Shown: one piece after another, positions 9,201-18,255 of the stretch | Layout: every line of letters starts with the position of its first letter | How positions within the stretch are numbered: position 1 is the stretch's first letter | DNA from: Alphaproteobacteria bacterium | GTDB taxonomy: Bacteria; Pseudomonadota; Alphaproteobacteria; UBA2966 | NCBI GenBank assembly: GCA_964291395.2 | Contig: OZ219858.1 | Coordinates: 576,001-640,000 of the forward strand | Reading direction: 5' to 3' | DNA length: 64,000 nt | Made by a program: the position numbers and the translations under genes | The notes under the pieces: generated by a model | What the model was told of the DNA's origin: nothing | What the model saw: the letters and a program-made list of their open reading frames with translations, nothing else | The model's database searches: none

Positions 9201-10160
9201 ATGGAACCGATCATCGGAGGCGAGGGACCGCCCGGTTCGGGCGGCAACGGATCATTGGTCAAGGACGGGGACACGGCGTCCTTCGGCGATGACGTCATCC
9301 GGGCCTCGATGGAGGTGCCCGTCATCGTCGACTTCTGGGCGCCCTGGTGCGGCCCGTGCAAACAGCTTGGGCCGGCGATCGAAAAGGTGGTCGCGGCCGC
9401 CGCGGGTGCCGTGAAACTCGTCAAGATCAACGTCGACGAGAATCAGCAGCTCGCCGCGCAATTGCGGGTGCAGTCGATTCCGGCGGTGTTCGCCTTCAAG
9501 AACGGTCAACCGGTTGACGGCTTCGTCGGCGCCCTGCCCGAAAGTCAGATCAAGGCGTTCGTCGAACGCCTTGCCGGCGAGATCGGTCCATCCCCCGTGG
9601 AAGAGGCGACCGCCCAGGCGCGGGCGTTTCTCGAGGCGGGCGATCTCGCGTCCGCGGCGGGACTGTTCGGCGAGGCGTTGAAGGCCGAGCCCGGAAATCC
9701 CGGCGCGGCGGCCGGACTGGCCAAGTGCTACATGGAGAACGGCGATCTGGAACAGGCGCGCCAGACCCTGTCGGTGGTGCCGCCGGAACACCGCGATGCC
9801 CGAAAGTCAGATTCAAGGCGTTCGTCGAATGCCGGCGAGATCGCCGAGGTGCGCAGCGTCGAGGCCGCGCTGACGTTGGCGGAAAACGCCGGCGATACGG
9901 GCGACGTTCAGGAACTGCGCGGCAAGCTCGATAGCGACCCGACCGATCATCAGGCGCGCTTCGAGTTGTCGGAAGCGTTGATGGCCGCGGGCCGGCGCGA
10001 GGAGGCGGTGAGCGAGCTTCTCGAGCTCGTTCGCCGGGACCGCAACTGGAATGACGAGGCCGCCAGAAAGCAGCTCATCACGCTCTTCGAGGCGTTCGGG
10101 CCGACGGACGAGCTCACCGTCAGCGGACGCCGCCAACTGTCGTCCCTCCTGTTCTCGTGA
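9201..10160 (+). CDS. cnoX: Thioredoxin-TPR chaperedoxin (CnoX/YbbN)
   Basis: WAPWCGPCK thioredoxin domain, TPR region, C-terminus [11 protein letters not shown]. Confidence 0.9.
   Translation: MEPIIGGEGPPGSGGNGSLVKDGDTASFGDDVIRASMEVPVIVDFWAPWCGPCKQLGPAIEKVVAAAAGAVKLVKINVDENQQLAAQLRVQSIPAVFAFKNGQPVDGFVGALPESQIKAFVERLAGEIGPSPVEEATAQARAFLEAGDLASAAGLFGEALKAEPGNPGAAAGLAKCYMENGDLEQARQTLSVVPPEHRDARKSDSRRSSNAGEIAEVRSVEAALTLAENAGDTGDVQELRGKLDSDPTDHQARFELSEALMAAGRREEAVSELLELVRRDRNWNDEAARKQLITLFEAFGPTDELTVSGRRQLSSLLFS
9797..9843 (+). repeat. Imperfect direct copy of cnoX 9535-9585 inserted further down the same gene
   Basis: tgcccgaaagtcagat(t)caaggcgttcgtcgaa(cgcct)tgccggcgagatcg is present at both positions, with one 1-bp insertion and one 5-bp deletion. 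Confidence 0.9.
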
Positions 10161-10819
10161 ACACGTCACCGACCGCCGCGCTGGACACGCTGTCGCCCAC
10201 CATTCCGGTGTTTCCGCTGTCGGGCGCGTTGCTGCTGCCGCGCGGCGAGCTTCCCCTCCATGTCTTCGAGCGGCGCTACCGCGACATGGTGCGCGACAGC
10301 GCCGCCGGCCACGGCCTCATCGGCATGGTCCAACCGACGCAACCCGAATCGACGGCGGACCATCCCGACCTCTACGGAACCGGCTGCGTGGGACGCATGT
10401 CCGCCCTGCGTCAAACGGACGACGGCCGGTACTACATGACGCTGATCGGACTGTGCCGGTACGACATCGTGGAAGAGCTCCCGATGACGCATGCCTATCG
10501 CGAGGTCGTCGCGGACTACCGGCGGTATCTCTCCGATATCGACCCGGCCGAATCGGCCGCGACGGATCGCGAAAAACTCCTGTCCGCGTTGCAGGGCTAT
10601 CTCGATGCGCAGGACCTGGAAACGGATTGGGGCCAGATGGATCGGGTCGACGAGGAAACGCTCGTCAACGCGCTGGCCATGGCGTGCCCGTTCGACCCCC
10701 GTGAAAAACAGGCGCTCCTGGAGGCGGGGAACGTCCGCGAGCGTTCGGAAATCCTGACGTCCTTGTTCACCATGAGCGGCCACGCCGCGCGCGGCGCGAC
10801 GCCGTCTTCCATGCAGTGA
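10157..10819 (+). CDS. LON peptidase substrate-binding (N-terminal) domain protein
   Basis: [22 protein letters not shown]; EKQALLEA; usual cnoX neighbour. Confidence 0.9.
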   Translation: MNTSPTAALDTLSPTIPVFPLSGALLLPRGELPLHVFERRYRDMVRDSAAGHGLIGMVQPTQPESTADHPDLYGTGCVGRMSALRQTDDGRYYMTLIGLCRYDIVEELPMTHAYREVVADYRRYLSDIDPAESAATDREKLLSALQGYLDAQDLETDWGQMDRVDEETLVNALAMACPFDPREKQALLEAGNVRERSEILTSLFTMSGHAARGATPSSMQ

Positions 10820-10871
10820 CCTTCGTCGGGACGCGTGGCCAAGCCGTACCTGCACGATACCGGAGCGCGCG

Positions 10872-11096
10872 ATGAGCGATAAGGAAAGCACGGTCGATCC
10901 CAAGCTTCTGGAGATCCTGGTCTGCCCGTTGACCAAAGGGCCCTTGCGTTACGATCACGCGGCGCAGGAGCTCGTCAGCGAACAGGCCGGACTGGCCTAT
11001 CCCATACGCGACAGCATTCCCATCATGCTCGTCGACGAGGCCCGGCAGCTCGATGACGGCGGGACGTCCGAAGCCCGTTCCCCGGACGATGACTGA
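10872..11096 (+). CDS. Trm112/UPF0434 family protein
   Basis: [17 protein letters not shown]...[17 protein letters not shown]. Confidence 0.92.
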   Translation: MSDKESTVDPKLLEILVCPLTKGPLRYDHAAQELVSEQAGLAYPIRDSIPIMLVDEARQLDDGGTSEARSPDDD

Positions 11097-11463
11097 GCGG
11101 CCGGGGCCGGTTCCGCGGCCCACCGAGGTTCGGCTCAAGAAGGAGGAGAAGGCGCTCGAGATCGATTTCGACGACGGGAGCTCGTTCCGGTACCCCGCGG
11201 AATTCCTCCGGGTCGAAAGTCCGTCCGCGGAAGTCCAGGGTCACGGTCCCGACCGGAAGGTCACCGTCGCCGGCCGCCGGCACGTGGGAATCCTCGGGCT
11301 GGAGTCGATCGGTCACTACGCGCTGAGAATAAGGTTCGACGATCTGCACGATACGGGCATCTATTCGTGGGACTACCTTTACGGCCTGGGGCGCGACCGG
11401 GACGAGGTCTGGCGGCGTTATCTGGACGCCCTGGAATCTCAGGGTCTCAGCCGCGACCCCTGA
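11089..11463 (+). CDS. DUF971 (gamma-butyrobetaine hydroxylase-like N-terminal) protein
   Basis: [36 protein letters not shown]. Confidence 0.9.
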   Translation: MTERPGPVPRPTEVRLKKEEKALEIDFDDGSSFRYPAEFLRVESPSAEVQGHGPDRKVTVAGRRHVGILGLESIGHYALRIRFDDLHDTGIYSWDYLYGLGRDRDEVWRRYLDALESQGLSRDP

Positions 11464-11474
11464 GCCGCGGGGCC

Positions 11475-12710
11475 TCACAAGGCGGTCCCGCGAAGCATCC
11501 GCGGCAGCTTGCCGACGGTGCCCTGCGCGTGGCGCACGAAGAACCTTTTCAGCGGAGGCAATCGGTTTACGGCGGCCAGGCCCGCGCCCCGCGCCATCTT
11601 CACGGCGCCGATGTCGTAGGAGAACAGGCGGTTGAGTCCGTCGGTCACGGCGAGAAGCGTCATGGAATCGAACCGCCGCCACGTTTCGTAGCGGGAGAGG
11701 ACGTCGGGGCCTCCGATATCGAGTCCGAGACGGGCGACGTCAACGACGGCTTCCGCCAGCGCCGCGACGTCGCGGAACCCCAGGTTGAGGCCCTGCCCGG
11801 CAATGGGATGCATCCCGTGCGCGGCGTCCCCGACGAGCGCCAGCCGCCGGGCGCGATAGGTATCCGCATTGTGCAGCGCCAGCGGATAGCTCCAGCGGGG
11901 GCCGACGCTCGCCACGTGTCCGAGAAAGTCCCCGAACCTGTCTCTCATCTCGTCGTCGAAGGCGGTGTCGTCCAGTTCGATCAGCCTGTCGGCCACGGCC
12001 GAGGGCTCGGTCCACACGAGGGACGAACGGTTGCCGGTCAAGGGCAGAATGGCGAACGGCCCGGCGGGGAGGAACCGTTCGTGCGCGACGCCGCGGTGAG
12101 GGCGTTCGTGAACCGCCGTGCAGACGATCCCGGACTGCGCGTAGGACCAGCCGCGGACGCGGATGCCCGCCGCTTCGCGTAGCGGCGAGGCGCGGCCGTC
12201 GGCCGCGGCCACCAGACGGCCGCGAAGAACTTCGCCGTCGGCCAGGCGGGCGACCGCGGCATTCCCGGACCGCTCCAGGCCGCTCAATTCGGCGGGCGCG
12301 AACAGCTCGATGTTCGCGATTTCCGAGATTGCCGCGAACAGTCCTCGCCGCAGGTGACGGTTCTCCAGCATGAACCCCAGCGGACCGTCGCCCAGCTCGC
12401 GGTGATCGTAGTGCAGGAACAGGAGGGAGTCGCCCTCGCTGATCCGGATGTCGAGAATGGGTTGCGCGCCGGCCGTCAGATGCTTCCAGGCTCCGATCGC
12501 TTCCAGGGCGCGGCAGCTCGCGTGGGAAATGGCGGACGCCCGTCCGTCGAACGGAACGTCGACCATCGTGGCCGGATCCAGCCGGTCCACCAGCGCCACG
12601 CGCAGCCCGGCCCCGCCCAGCGCCACGGCGAGAGCGGATCCGATCAGGCCGCCCCCGACGATGATGACGTCGAAATCGGGTCCGGTCGGGTTGCGCCTGC
12701 TTGGGGCCAT
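11475..12710 (-). CDS. UbiH/UbiF/COQ6-family FAD-dependent ubiquinone hydroxylase
   Basis: GGGLIG Rossmann motif, AADG, GDAAHGMHPIAGQGLNLG. Confidence 0.92.
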   Translation of the reverse strand: MAPSRRNPTGPDFDVIIVGGGLIGSALAVALGGAGLRVALVDRLDPATMVDVPFDGRASAISHASCRALEAIGAWKHLTAGAQPILDIRISEGDSLLFLHYDHRELGDGPLGFMLENRHLRRGLFAAISEIANIELFAPAELSGLERSGNAAVARLADGEVLRGRLVAAADGRASPLREAAGIRVRGWSYAQSGIVCTAVHERPHRGVAHERFLPAGPFAILPLTGNRSSLVWTEPSAVADRLIELDDTAFDDEMRDRFGDFLGHVASVGPRWSYPLALHNADTYRARRLALVGDAAHGMHPIAGQGLNLGFRDVAALAEAVVDVARLGLDIGGPDVLSRYETWRRFDSMTLLAVTDGLNRLFSYDIGAVKMARGAGLAAVNRLPPLKRFFVRHAQGTVGKLPRMLRGTAL

Positions 12711-12968
12711 GAACCCGACATTGGGGGATTACATGCCCGAGTCGCAACCCTCGTGGCGGGATGCCGGCCATCGCCGGGCACGAGGATGGCCGCGCGGGCG
12801 GGCCATCGGGGCGAAGATTCCCGTCGGCCTTCGACATGGTCGCGGTCCGGTTGATGGCATCCAGGGCGTTGCCTCTTTCCGCGTGAGGGGGCGGGGCGTC
12901 CCGCGCTCTACTGCCGCGCCGCCGCCCATCACCGACGACCTCTTTACGCTTGGCTATTTGGTGTTGTG

Positions 12969-13253
12969 CGCGGCGGGCGGCACGCCGAGCGCTTCCTCGA
13001 CGGCTTCGAAGGCATCCTGCAGGTCGACGGCTATGCCGGCTACACCCGGCTCGCCCGGACGCGCGATGGGGTGAGGCTCGCCCACTGCTGGGCTCACGCC
13101 AGGCGCAGGCTGCGCGAGGTGTTCGACAGCACCGGCTCGAGGGTCGCGGCCGAGGGGCTGCGCCGGATTGCCGGGTTCTACGCCATCGAGGACGACATCC
13201 GTGGCGCTTCGCCCGAACGGCGCCGGGTCGAGCTGGACACCGATGCCGTGGAA
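12969..13253 (+). mobile_element. IS66-family transposase (TnpC) remnant, internally deleted
   Basis: GILQVDGYAGY, LAHCWAHARR, then an abrupt jump to RVELDTDAVE; no terminal repeats seen. Confidence 0.85.
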
Positions 13254-13349
13254 ACCGCACCATCGATTACCGTGCCCACGCTCAGCGCCGATAGCGAGCG
13301 GCATGCAAGTCCCGAGTCGCAGGGCTGTCATGGGGGACACGCAGCGTTA

Positions 13350-13378
13350 TTGCTGCCTTGTATCGTGTGGGATACAAT
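13350..13378 (+). promoter_or_regulatory. Sigma70-like promoter overlapped by TA operator palindrome
   Basis: TTGCTG-N17-TACAAT; perfect inverted repeat TTGTATC-N6-GATACAA (13358-13377); GTG start 6 bp after the -10 box (leaderless). Confidence 0.7.
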
Positions 13379-13384
13379 TGGCCG

Positions 13385-13570
13385 GTGATCGGAATCCGTC
13401 AGACCGATGAGTACGAGAACTGGTTCCGGAAGCTTCGCGACAGGGAAGCGAAGGGACGGATCCTCATCCGCGTCAGGCGGTTGCCGCTTGGGAATCCGGG
13501 AGACGTGCGGCCTGTGGGCGGAGGCATCTCGGAACTTCGGATCGACTATGGGCCGGGCTATCGCGTGTAA
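13385..13570 (+). pseudogene. Truncated RelE/HigB-like addiction module killer toxin (HI1419 type)
   Basis: GNPGDVRPVGGGISELRIDYGPGYRV then TAA; the usual C-terminal third (LLCGGDK motif) is absent. Confidence 0.85.
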
Positions 13571-13572
13571 CG

Positions 13573-13929
13573 ATGACTGGATCTGCAGAAGGTGCTGCGC
13601 CTGCGTTGGCCGGGACGCGGCCGTGGGACCCCGTGGAGTATCTGGAGACCCCGGATGATGTTATCGCCTATCTCGAAGCGGCCTTCGAGGACGGCGATCC
13701 GCGTGTGATTGCCGCGGCAGTGGGCGACGTCGCCCGCCGCCGGGGCATGACCTCCGTGGCGGCCAAGACCGGGCTCGGCAGGGAAAGCCTGTACAAGGCG
13801 CTTTCGCGAGACGGCAATCCGGGCTTTGCCACCATGCTCAACGTCCTGGAGGCCCTGGGACTGCGGCTTTGCCCACTGATAAAGGATCGGGAAGCGATTG
13901 GGCCGGGCAAAGTTGGCGAGGCCGGGTGA
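13573..13929 (+). CDS. Addiction module antidote protein (HI1420-type XRE HTH)
   Basis: WDPVEYLET, AYLEAA, GMTSVAAKTGLGRESLYKALSRDGNP. Confidence 0.9.
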   Translation: MTGSAEGAAPALAGTRPWDPVEYLETPDDVIAYLEAAFEDGDPRVIAAAVGDVARRRGMTSVAAKTGLGRESLYKALSRDGNPGFATMLNVLEALGLRLCPLIKDREAIGPGKVGEAG

Positions 13930-14126
13930 CCCGCTTCGACGCGACCGGCCGCAGGCCCGACGACCACAACGGAAGCGGTCAACTCGTTTGGTACATGAAC
14001 CGGTCGACTCGGAATGTTCGTGGCAGACTTTGCCGTCCTGCGTGACGTATCTCAATTGAGAGCCATACCGTTGGCAACTGCGGAGGGCGTCCCATGCCGG
14101 CTCGGACTTCGATGCTCCATGTCCGC

Positions 14127-14216
14127 GTGGACGATCCGCGGCCCGCGGTCCCGCATGAACGGGTAATGACCGACGCGCAGGCGCTGATCGACGGGAAGGG
14201 TCGTGCGCGATCTTGA
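14127..14216 (+). pseudogene. C-terminal remnant of a stability-determinant-type antitoxin
   Basis: Translates VDDPRPAVPHERVMTDAQALIDGKGRARS*, overlaps the ParE start; palindrome CTCAATTGAG at 14051-14060 upstream. Confidence 0.65.
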
Positions 14217-14352
14217 ATGGAGGGCCACGGCGGTCGCCAATCTCATGGCGATCGTCGACTACATTTCGGACGACAATCCCGACGCCGCTCAAGCCCTGAA
14301 GGAAGACATCGAGGCCAAGGCATCGCGCTTGCGGGAGAACCCCCGACTTTAG
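14203..14352 (+). pseudogene. Truncated RelE/ParE-family toxin
   Basis: Not in ORF track; MRDLEWRATAVANLMAIVDYISDDNPDAAQALKEDIEAKASRLRENPRL* (49 aa, about half a ParE). Confidence 0.85.
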
Positions 14353-14514
14353 ACGGACAGGAAGCAACCGAACGCCCTGCCCTCGCTGTCGCCCGGAATG
14401 CCGTCACCGGAGGCGAGCCCGTTTCCCCGACATCGCGCTCTCCCCGCGCGGGGTGTCCAGCCGCATCGACGAGCCGTTGCCGGTGTCGGGCCGGGTGGGT
14501 ACTCTCGCGGCATA

Positions 14515-15873
14515 ATGAGCGCATGGCACGAGATGACCGCCCTGGAACTGGGGGCCGGGATCGCGGACGGCGGGATCGACGCGGTCGAACTCACCGAGCA
14601 TTTCCTCGACAGGATCGATCGGGAGGATCCGGATCACCACATCTTCCTCCGGGCGACTCCCGAGCGGGCGGTCGCGGAGGCGGCCGCGGCCCGGGACCGT
14701 GCGGAGGCCCGGCTGCGCCGCAGTCCGCTCGACGGGGTCCCCATGTCGTGGAAGGACCTGGTCGCCATGGCGGGCGAACCCACGACCGGCGGTTCTCCCC
14801 TGTTTGCGCAGCAGCCGCCGGCGATCCGGGACGCGCTTCTGCTGTCGCGCGCGACCCGAGCGGGGATGGTCTGCCTGGGAAGAACCAACCTGCCGGAATT
14901 CGCGTTCTCCGCCATGGGGATCAACCCCCATTTCGGGACGCCCCCGAATCCCTTCGATCCGGAAACCGCCCGCGTGCCCGGCGGCTCGTCCTCCGGCGCC
15001 GCCGTCTCGGTTTCGCGCGGGTTGGCGCCGGCCGCGATCGGGTCGGATACCGGCGGTTCGGTGCGCGTTCCCGCGGCCTGGAACGGCTTGGTCGGCCTCA
15101 AGACGACAGCGGGCGTTCTGTCGAACGACGGCGTGTTGCCGCTGGTCCGCGACCTCGACACCGTCGGCCCGCTGACCAGGGACGTCGCGGACGCCGCGGC
15201 GGTCTTCGCGATCCTCGCGGCGCAGGAGCCGATCGATCTTCAGGGCGCCTCCATCCGGAACGCGCGCTTCCTGCTCCCGGAGATGCTGTGGCGCGACGTC
15301 GACGGCGACATCGCCGACGTCATGGACAGGGCGATCGGGCGCCTCGAGACCGCGGGCGCCCGAATCACCCGCGAAGAGGTCCCGGAGCTCGACGAGGTGA
15401 CGGAGATCTTTCTCTCATTCGGCGACCTGTTCAGTGCGACCGCGTACGCCGAGCTCCGCGAGAAGGTCGATGCCCAGCCCAACCTGGTGTACGAGCAGAT
15501 TCTCCGGCGCCTCCATCTGTCCGTCGGCGCGACGGCCGTCGACGTCATTCATGCCTGGCTGGAGATCGATCGCTGCGCTGCGGCGTATCATGCCCGGGTG
15601 GCGCCCTTCACCGCGGTGCTGTGCCCGACCAGCACGATCTCGCCGCCGGTCATCGCCGAAGTGGAAAACGACGCCGAGGCCTATGCCGACGCGCAGCGGC
15701 GAATTCCGGTCAACACCAGAACCGGAAACCTCCTGCGGCTGTGCGCCGTGACGGTGCCGGCCGGCCTCGCGAACGGTCTCCCCGCGGGCCTGATGGTCTA
15801 TGGCCCGCCCGACCGGGACCGCTACATTCTCAGGGTGGCCAAAGGGGTGGAAGACGCGCTACGCGTCACGTAA
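14515..15873 (+). CDS. Amidase signature family protein
   Basis: SPLDGVPMSWKD, PGGSSSGAA, GSDTGGSVRVPA. Confidence 0.92.
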   Translation: MSAWHEMTALELGAGIADGGIDAVELTEHFLDRIDREDPDHHIFLRATPERAVAEAAAARDRAEARLRRSPLDGVPMSWKDLVAMAGEPTTGGSPLFAQQPPAIRDALLLSRATRAGMVCLGRTNLPEFAFSAMGINPHFGTPPNPFDPETARVPGGSSSGAAVSVSRGLAPAAIGSDTGGSVRVPAAWNGLVGLKTTAGVLSNDGVLPLVRDLDTVGPLTRDVADAAAVFAILAAQEPIDLQGASIRNARFLLPEMLWRDVDGDIADVMDRAIGRLETAGARITREEVPELDEVTEIFLSFGDLFSATAYAELREKVDAQPNLVYEQILRRLHLSVGATAVDVIHAWLEIDRCAAAYHARVAPFTAVLCPTSTISPPVIAEVENDAEAYADAQRRIPVNTRTGNLLRLCAVTVPAGLANGLPAGLMVYGPPDRDRYILRVAKGVEDALRVT

Positions 15874-15880
15874 CCACGCC

Positions 15881-15926
15881 TGATTAAATTTTAGACAGTC
15901 AGAAGTCTGTGCCTAATTTCTGGGCG
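15881..15926. promoter_or_regulatory. Putative tandem NtrC binding sites upstream of glnK-amtB
   Basis: Two 17-mers TGATTAAATTTTAGACA and TGCCTAATTTCTGGGCG (GCC-N9-GGC), ~100-140 bp upstream of a sigma54 motif. Confidence 0.6.
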
Positions 15927-16024
15927 GACTCCTTGCGCCCCGGACACCGGGACGGCTTTGGAAGCGAGTCTCCTCGGACATATCGTCCAGCCATATCAGA
16001 CGTTTAGGCCTCCCTTTCGAGAAC

Positions 16025-16040
16025 TGGCACGCAGTTTGAA
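16025..16040 (+). promoter_or_regulatory. Sigma54 (-24/-12) promoter of glnK-amtB
   Basis: TGGCACGCAGTTTGAA; canonical -24 element, -12 reads GA rather than GC. Confidence 0.7.
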
Positions 16041-16101
16041 TTGTATGCCGGCAGCGGCGGCGAGACCCGCGCCCCTCGTCGCTCGTCATCGGGAGAAGTC
16101 C

Positions 16102-16440
16102 ATGAAATTCGTAACGGCCGTCATCAAACCCTCCAAGCTCGACGAGGTGCGTGAAGCGCTGACCGAGCTCGGCATTCAGGGCTTGACCGTCACCGAGGTG
16201 CAGGGTTTCGGACGCCGGAGGGGGCACACGGAGTTCTACCGGGGCGCCGAATACGCCGTGAACTTCGTGCCCAAGGTCAAGGTCGAAGTCGCCATGACCG
16301 ACGACATGGAGGAGCGGGTGGTCGAATGCATTCGGCAGGCCGCCCGGACCGGCAGGATCGAGGACGGCAAGATCTTCGGCTGCGACCTCGATACCGCTGT
16401 CCGGATACGGACCGGCGAGACCGACGAACAGGCGCTATAG
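16102..16440 (+). CDS. glnK: P-II nitrogen regulator GlnK (divergent)
   Basis: 112 aa, YRGAEY T-loop with Y51, RIRTGE; directly upstream of amtB. Confidence 0.95.
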   Translation: MKFVTAVIKPSKLDEVREALTELGIQGLTVTEVQGFGRRRGHTEFYRGAEYAVNFVPKVKVEVAMTDDMEERVVECIRQAARTGRIEDGKIFGCDLDTAVRIRTGETDEQAL

Positions 16441-16449
16441 GAGCCGGAC

Positions 16450-17739
16450 ATGACGAGACTCGAGAAAAGCACCCTGACCTTGACGGCCGTCGTCGGCGCG
16501 GCGGCGGCCGCCGATCCGGCATTCGCCCGGGACGACGCGCTCAGCTCGGGCGATACGGCCTGGATGCTGACATCGACGGTCATCGTCCTGATGATGACCG
16601 TCCCAGGCGTTGCCCTCTTCTACGGCGGCATGGTGCGCAAGAAGAACGTGCTGAGCACCGTGATGCACAGCTTTGCGGCGACCTGCCTGATCACGGTGAT
16701 CTGGATGGTCGTCGGATACAGCCTCGCGTTCGCGGAAGGGTCCGGCTATGTCGGGGGTCTGGGCAAGCTGTTCCTTCGCGGCATGGCCGTGGATGCGATG
16801 AACGGGTCGATCCCGGAATCGGTTTTCATGACCTTCCAGATGACTTTCGCCATCATCACGGCGGCGTTGATCACGGGCGCGGTCGCGGAGCGGATGAAGT
16901 TCTCGGCCCTGCTCCTGTTCCTCGGGCTGTGGTCGATTCTCGTCTACTCGCCCGTCTGCTACTGGGTGTGGGGCGGCGGGTTCCTCGGCGGTGCGGGCGT
17001 CCTGGATTTCGCGGGCGGCACCGTCGTGCACATCAACTCCGGAGTCGCGGCGCTGGTCGCCGCCGTCGTGCTGGGCAAACGGGTCGGATACGGCCGCGAG
17101 AACCTGGCCCCGCACAACGTCGTGCTGACGGTGGTCGGCGCGTCGTTCCTTTGGGTCGGCTGGTTCGGGTTCAACGGCGGTTCGGCGGTCGCCGCGGACG
17201 GCGCCGCCGGCATGGCGATGGCGGTCACGCAAATTGCGGCCGCCGCCGCGGCGCTCGCCTGGATGCTTGCCGAATGGCTGACCCACCGGAAGCCGAGCGT
17301 CCTCGGCATCGCGTCCGGCGCCGTTGCCGGTCTCGTCGCGATCACCCCGGCCTCGGGCTTCGTCGGACCCGGCGGTGCCCTGGCGACCGGCCTGATCGCG
17401 GGCGTGATCTGCTTCTGGGGAGCGACCTGGCTGAAACACAGGATCGGCTACGACGACTCCCTCGACGTCTTCGCGGTTCACGGTCTCGGCGGCATCGCCG
17501 GCGCGCTCCTGACGGGCGTCTTCGCCGTCGAAGCGATCGGCGGCACGCCGGGAGCCCTCGAAGGCAACGTCGCGCAGATCGGCACCCAGTTTTACGGGAT
17601 CGTCGCGACCGTCGTCTATTGCGCCGTGGCGTCCCTGATCCTGCTCAAGATCATCGACGCCGTGGTCGGTCTCCGCGTCGACGAGGAGCAGGAGCGAGAG
17701 GGCCTGGACATCGCCCTCCACGGCGAAAGCGTCTCATAG
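16450..17739 (+). CDS. amtB: Ammonium transporter
   Basis: FQMTFAIIT, DFAGGTVVHINSG, GWFGFNGGS, DDSLDVFAVHG. Confidence 0.97.
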   Translation: MTRLEKSTLTLTAVVGAAAAADPAFARDDALSSGDTAWMLTSTVIVLMMTVPGVALFYGGMVRKKNVLSTVMHSFAATCLITVIWMVVGYSLAFAEGSGYVGGLGKLFLRGMAVDAMNGSIPESVFMTFQMTFAIITAALITGAVAERMKFSALLLFLGLWSILVYSPVCYWVWGGGFLGGAGVLDFAGGTVVHINSGVAALVAAVVLGKRVGYGRENLAPHNVVLTVVGASFLWVGWFGFNGGSAVAADGAAGMAMAVTQIAAAAAALAWMLAEWLTHRKPSVLGIASGAVAGLVAITPASGFVGPGGALATGLIAGVICFWGATWLKHRIGYDDSLDVFAVHGLGGIAGALLTGVFAVEAIGGTPGALEGNVAQIGTQFYGIVATVVYCAVASLILLKIIDAVVGLRVDEEQEREGLDIALHGESVS

Positions 17740-17740
17740 G

Positions 17741-17825
17741 ACCGGGCCTTTCCCTGGCGCCCGGCGCGGCCCCGTGCCGTCCGGGCGCGTCGCTGCGGAA
17801 ATGTTCCCGGGGGAAGGGGCCGGAC
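17741..17825. terminator. GC-rich stem-loop after amtB
   Basis: GCGCCCGG (17757-17764) pairs with CCGGGCGC (17781-17788); imperfect outer arms; no U-tract. Confidence 0.35.
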
Positions 17826-17873
17826 CGGTAAGGGGTGTGACGGCTACCCCAGGATCGGAGTGGACGAATTGTA

Positions 17874-17914
17874 ATCTTCACGCTACATATCTCTTGGAAC
17901 TGTAGTGCGAAGAT
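17874..17914. promoter_or_regulatory. Operator-like inverted repeat upstream of hipB-like gene
   Basis: ATCTTCACGCTACA-N13-TGTAGTGCGAAGAT (12/14 complementary). Confidence 0.6.
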
Positions 17915-17919
17915 GCCAT

Positions 17920-18255
17920 ATGCCGACTCCTCACAATCCTCCCGCCGCCGTCCGGCGGGCACTGCGCAAACTCGGAGCGGACATCCGTGATGCCCGTCGC
18001 CGCCGGCGGCTGCCCATGGCGGTCGTGGCGGAGCGCGCCTTCACGTCCCGCTCCACCCTTCAAAAGGTCGAAGCCGGCGACACCAATGTCGGCATCGGCA
18101 TCTACGCCGGTGTCCTGCAGGCGCTCGGCCTGCTCGACGGCCTGAGCCGGATTGCCGACATCGGCAATGACAGCGTCGGACAGGCCCTCGCCAGCGCCGC
18201 GCTGCCCAGGCACGTCCATCTCAGGCGGCCGACCGGATCGTCCCGCGATGGCTGA
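17920..18255 (+). CDS. XRE-family HTH antitoxin (HipB-like)
   Basis: LGADIRDARRRRRLPMAVVAERAFTSRSTLQKVEAGD; overlaps the hipA-family start. Confidence 0.85.
   Translation: MPTPHNPPAAVRRALRKLGADIRDARRRRRLPMAVVAERAFTSRSTLQKVEAGDTNVGIGIYAGVLQALGLLDGLSRIADIGNDSVGQALASAALPRHVHLRRPTGSSRDG

Noticed and set aside
12729-12960. Short ORFs upstream of the ubiH-family gene
   Set aside because: No recognisable motif or RBS; probably non-coding or an unidentifiable scrap
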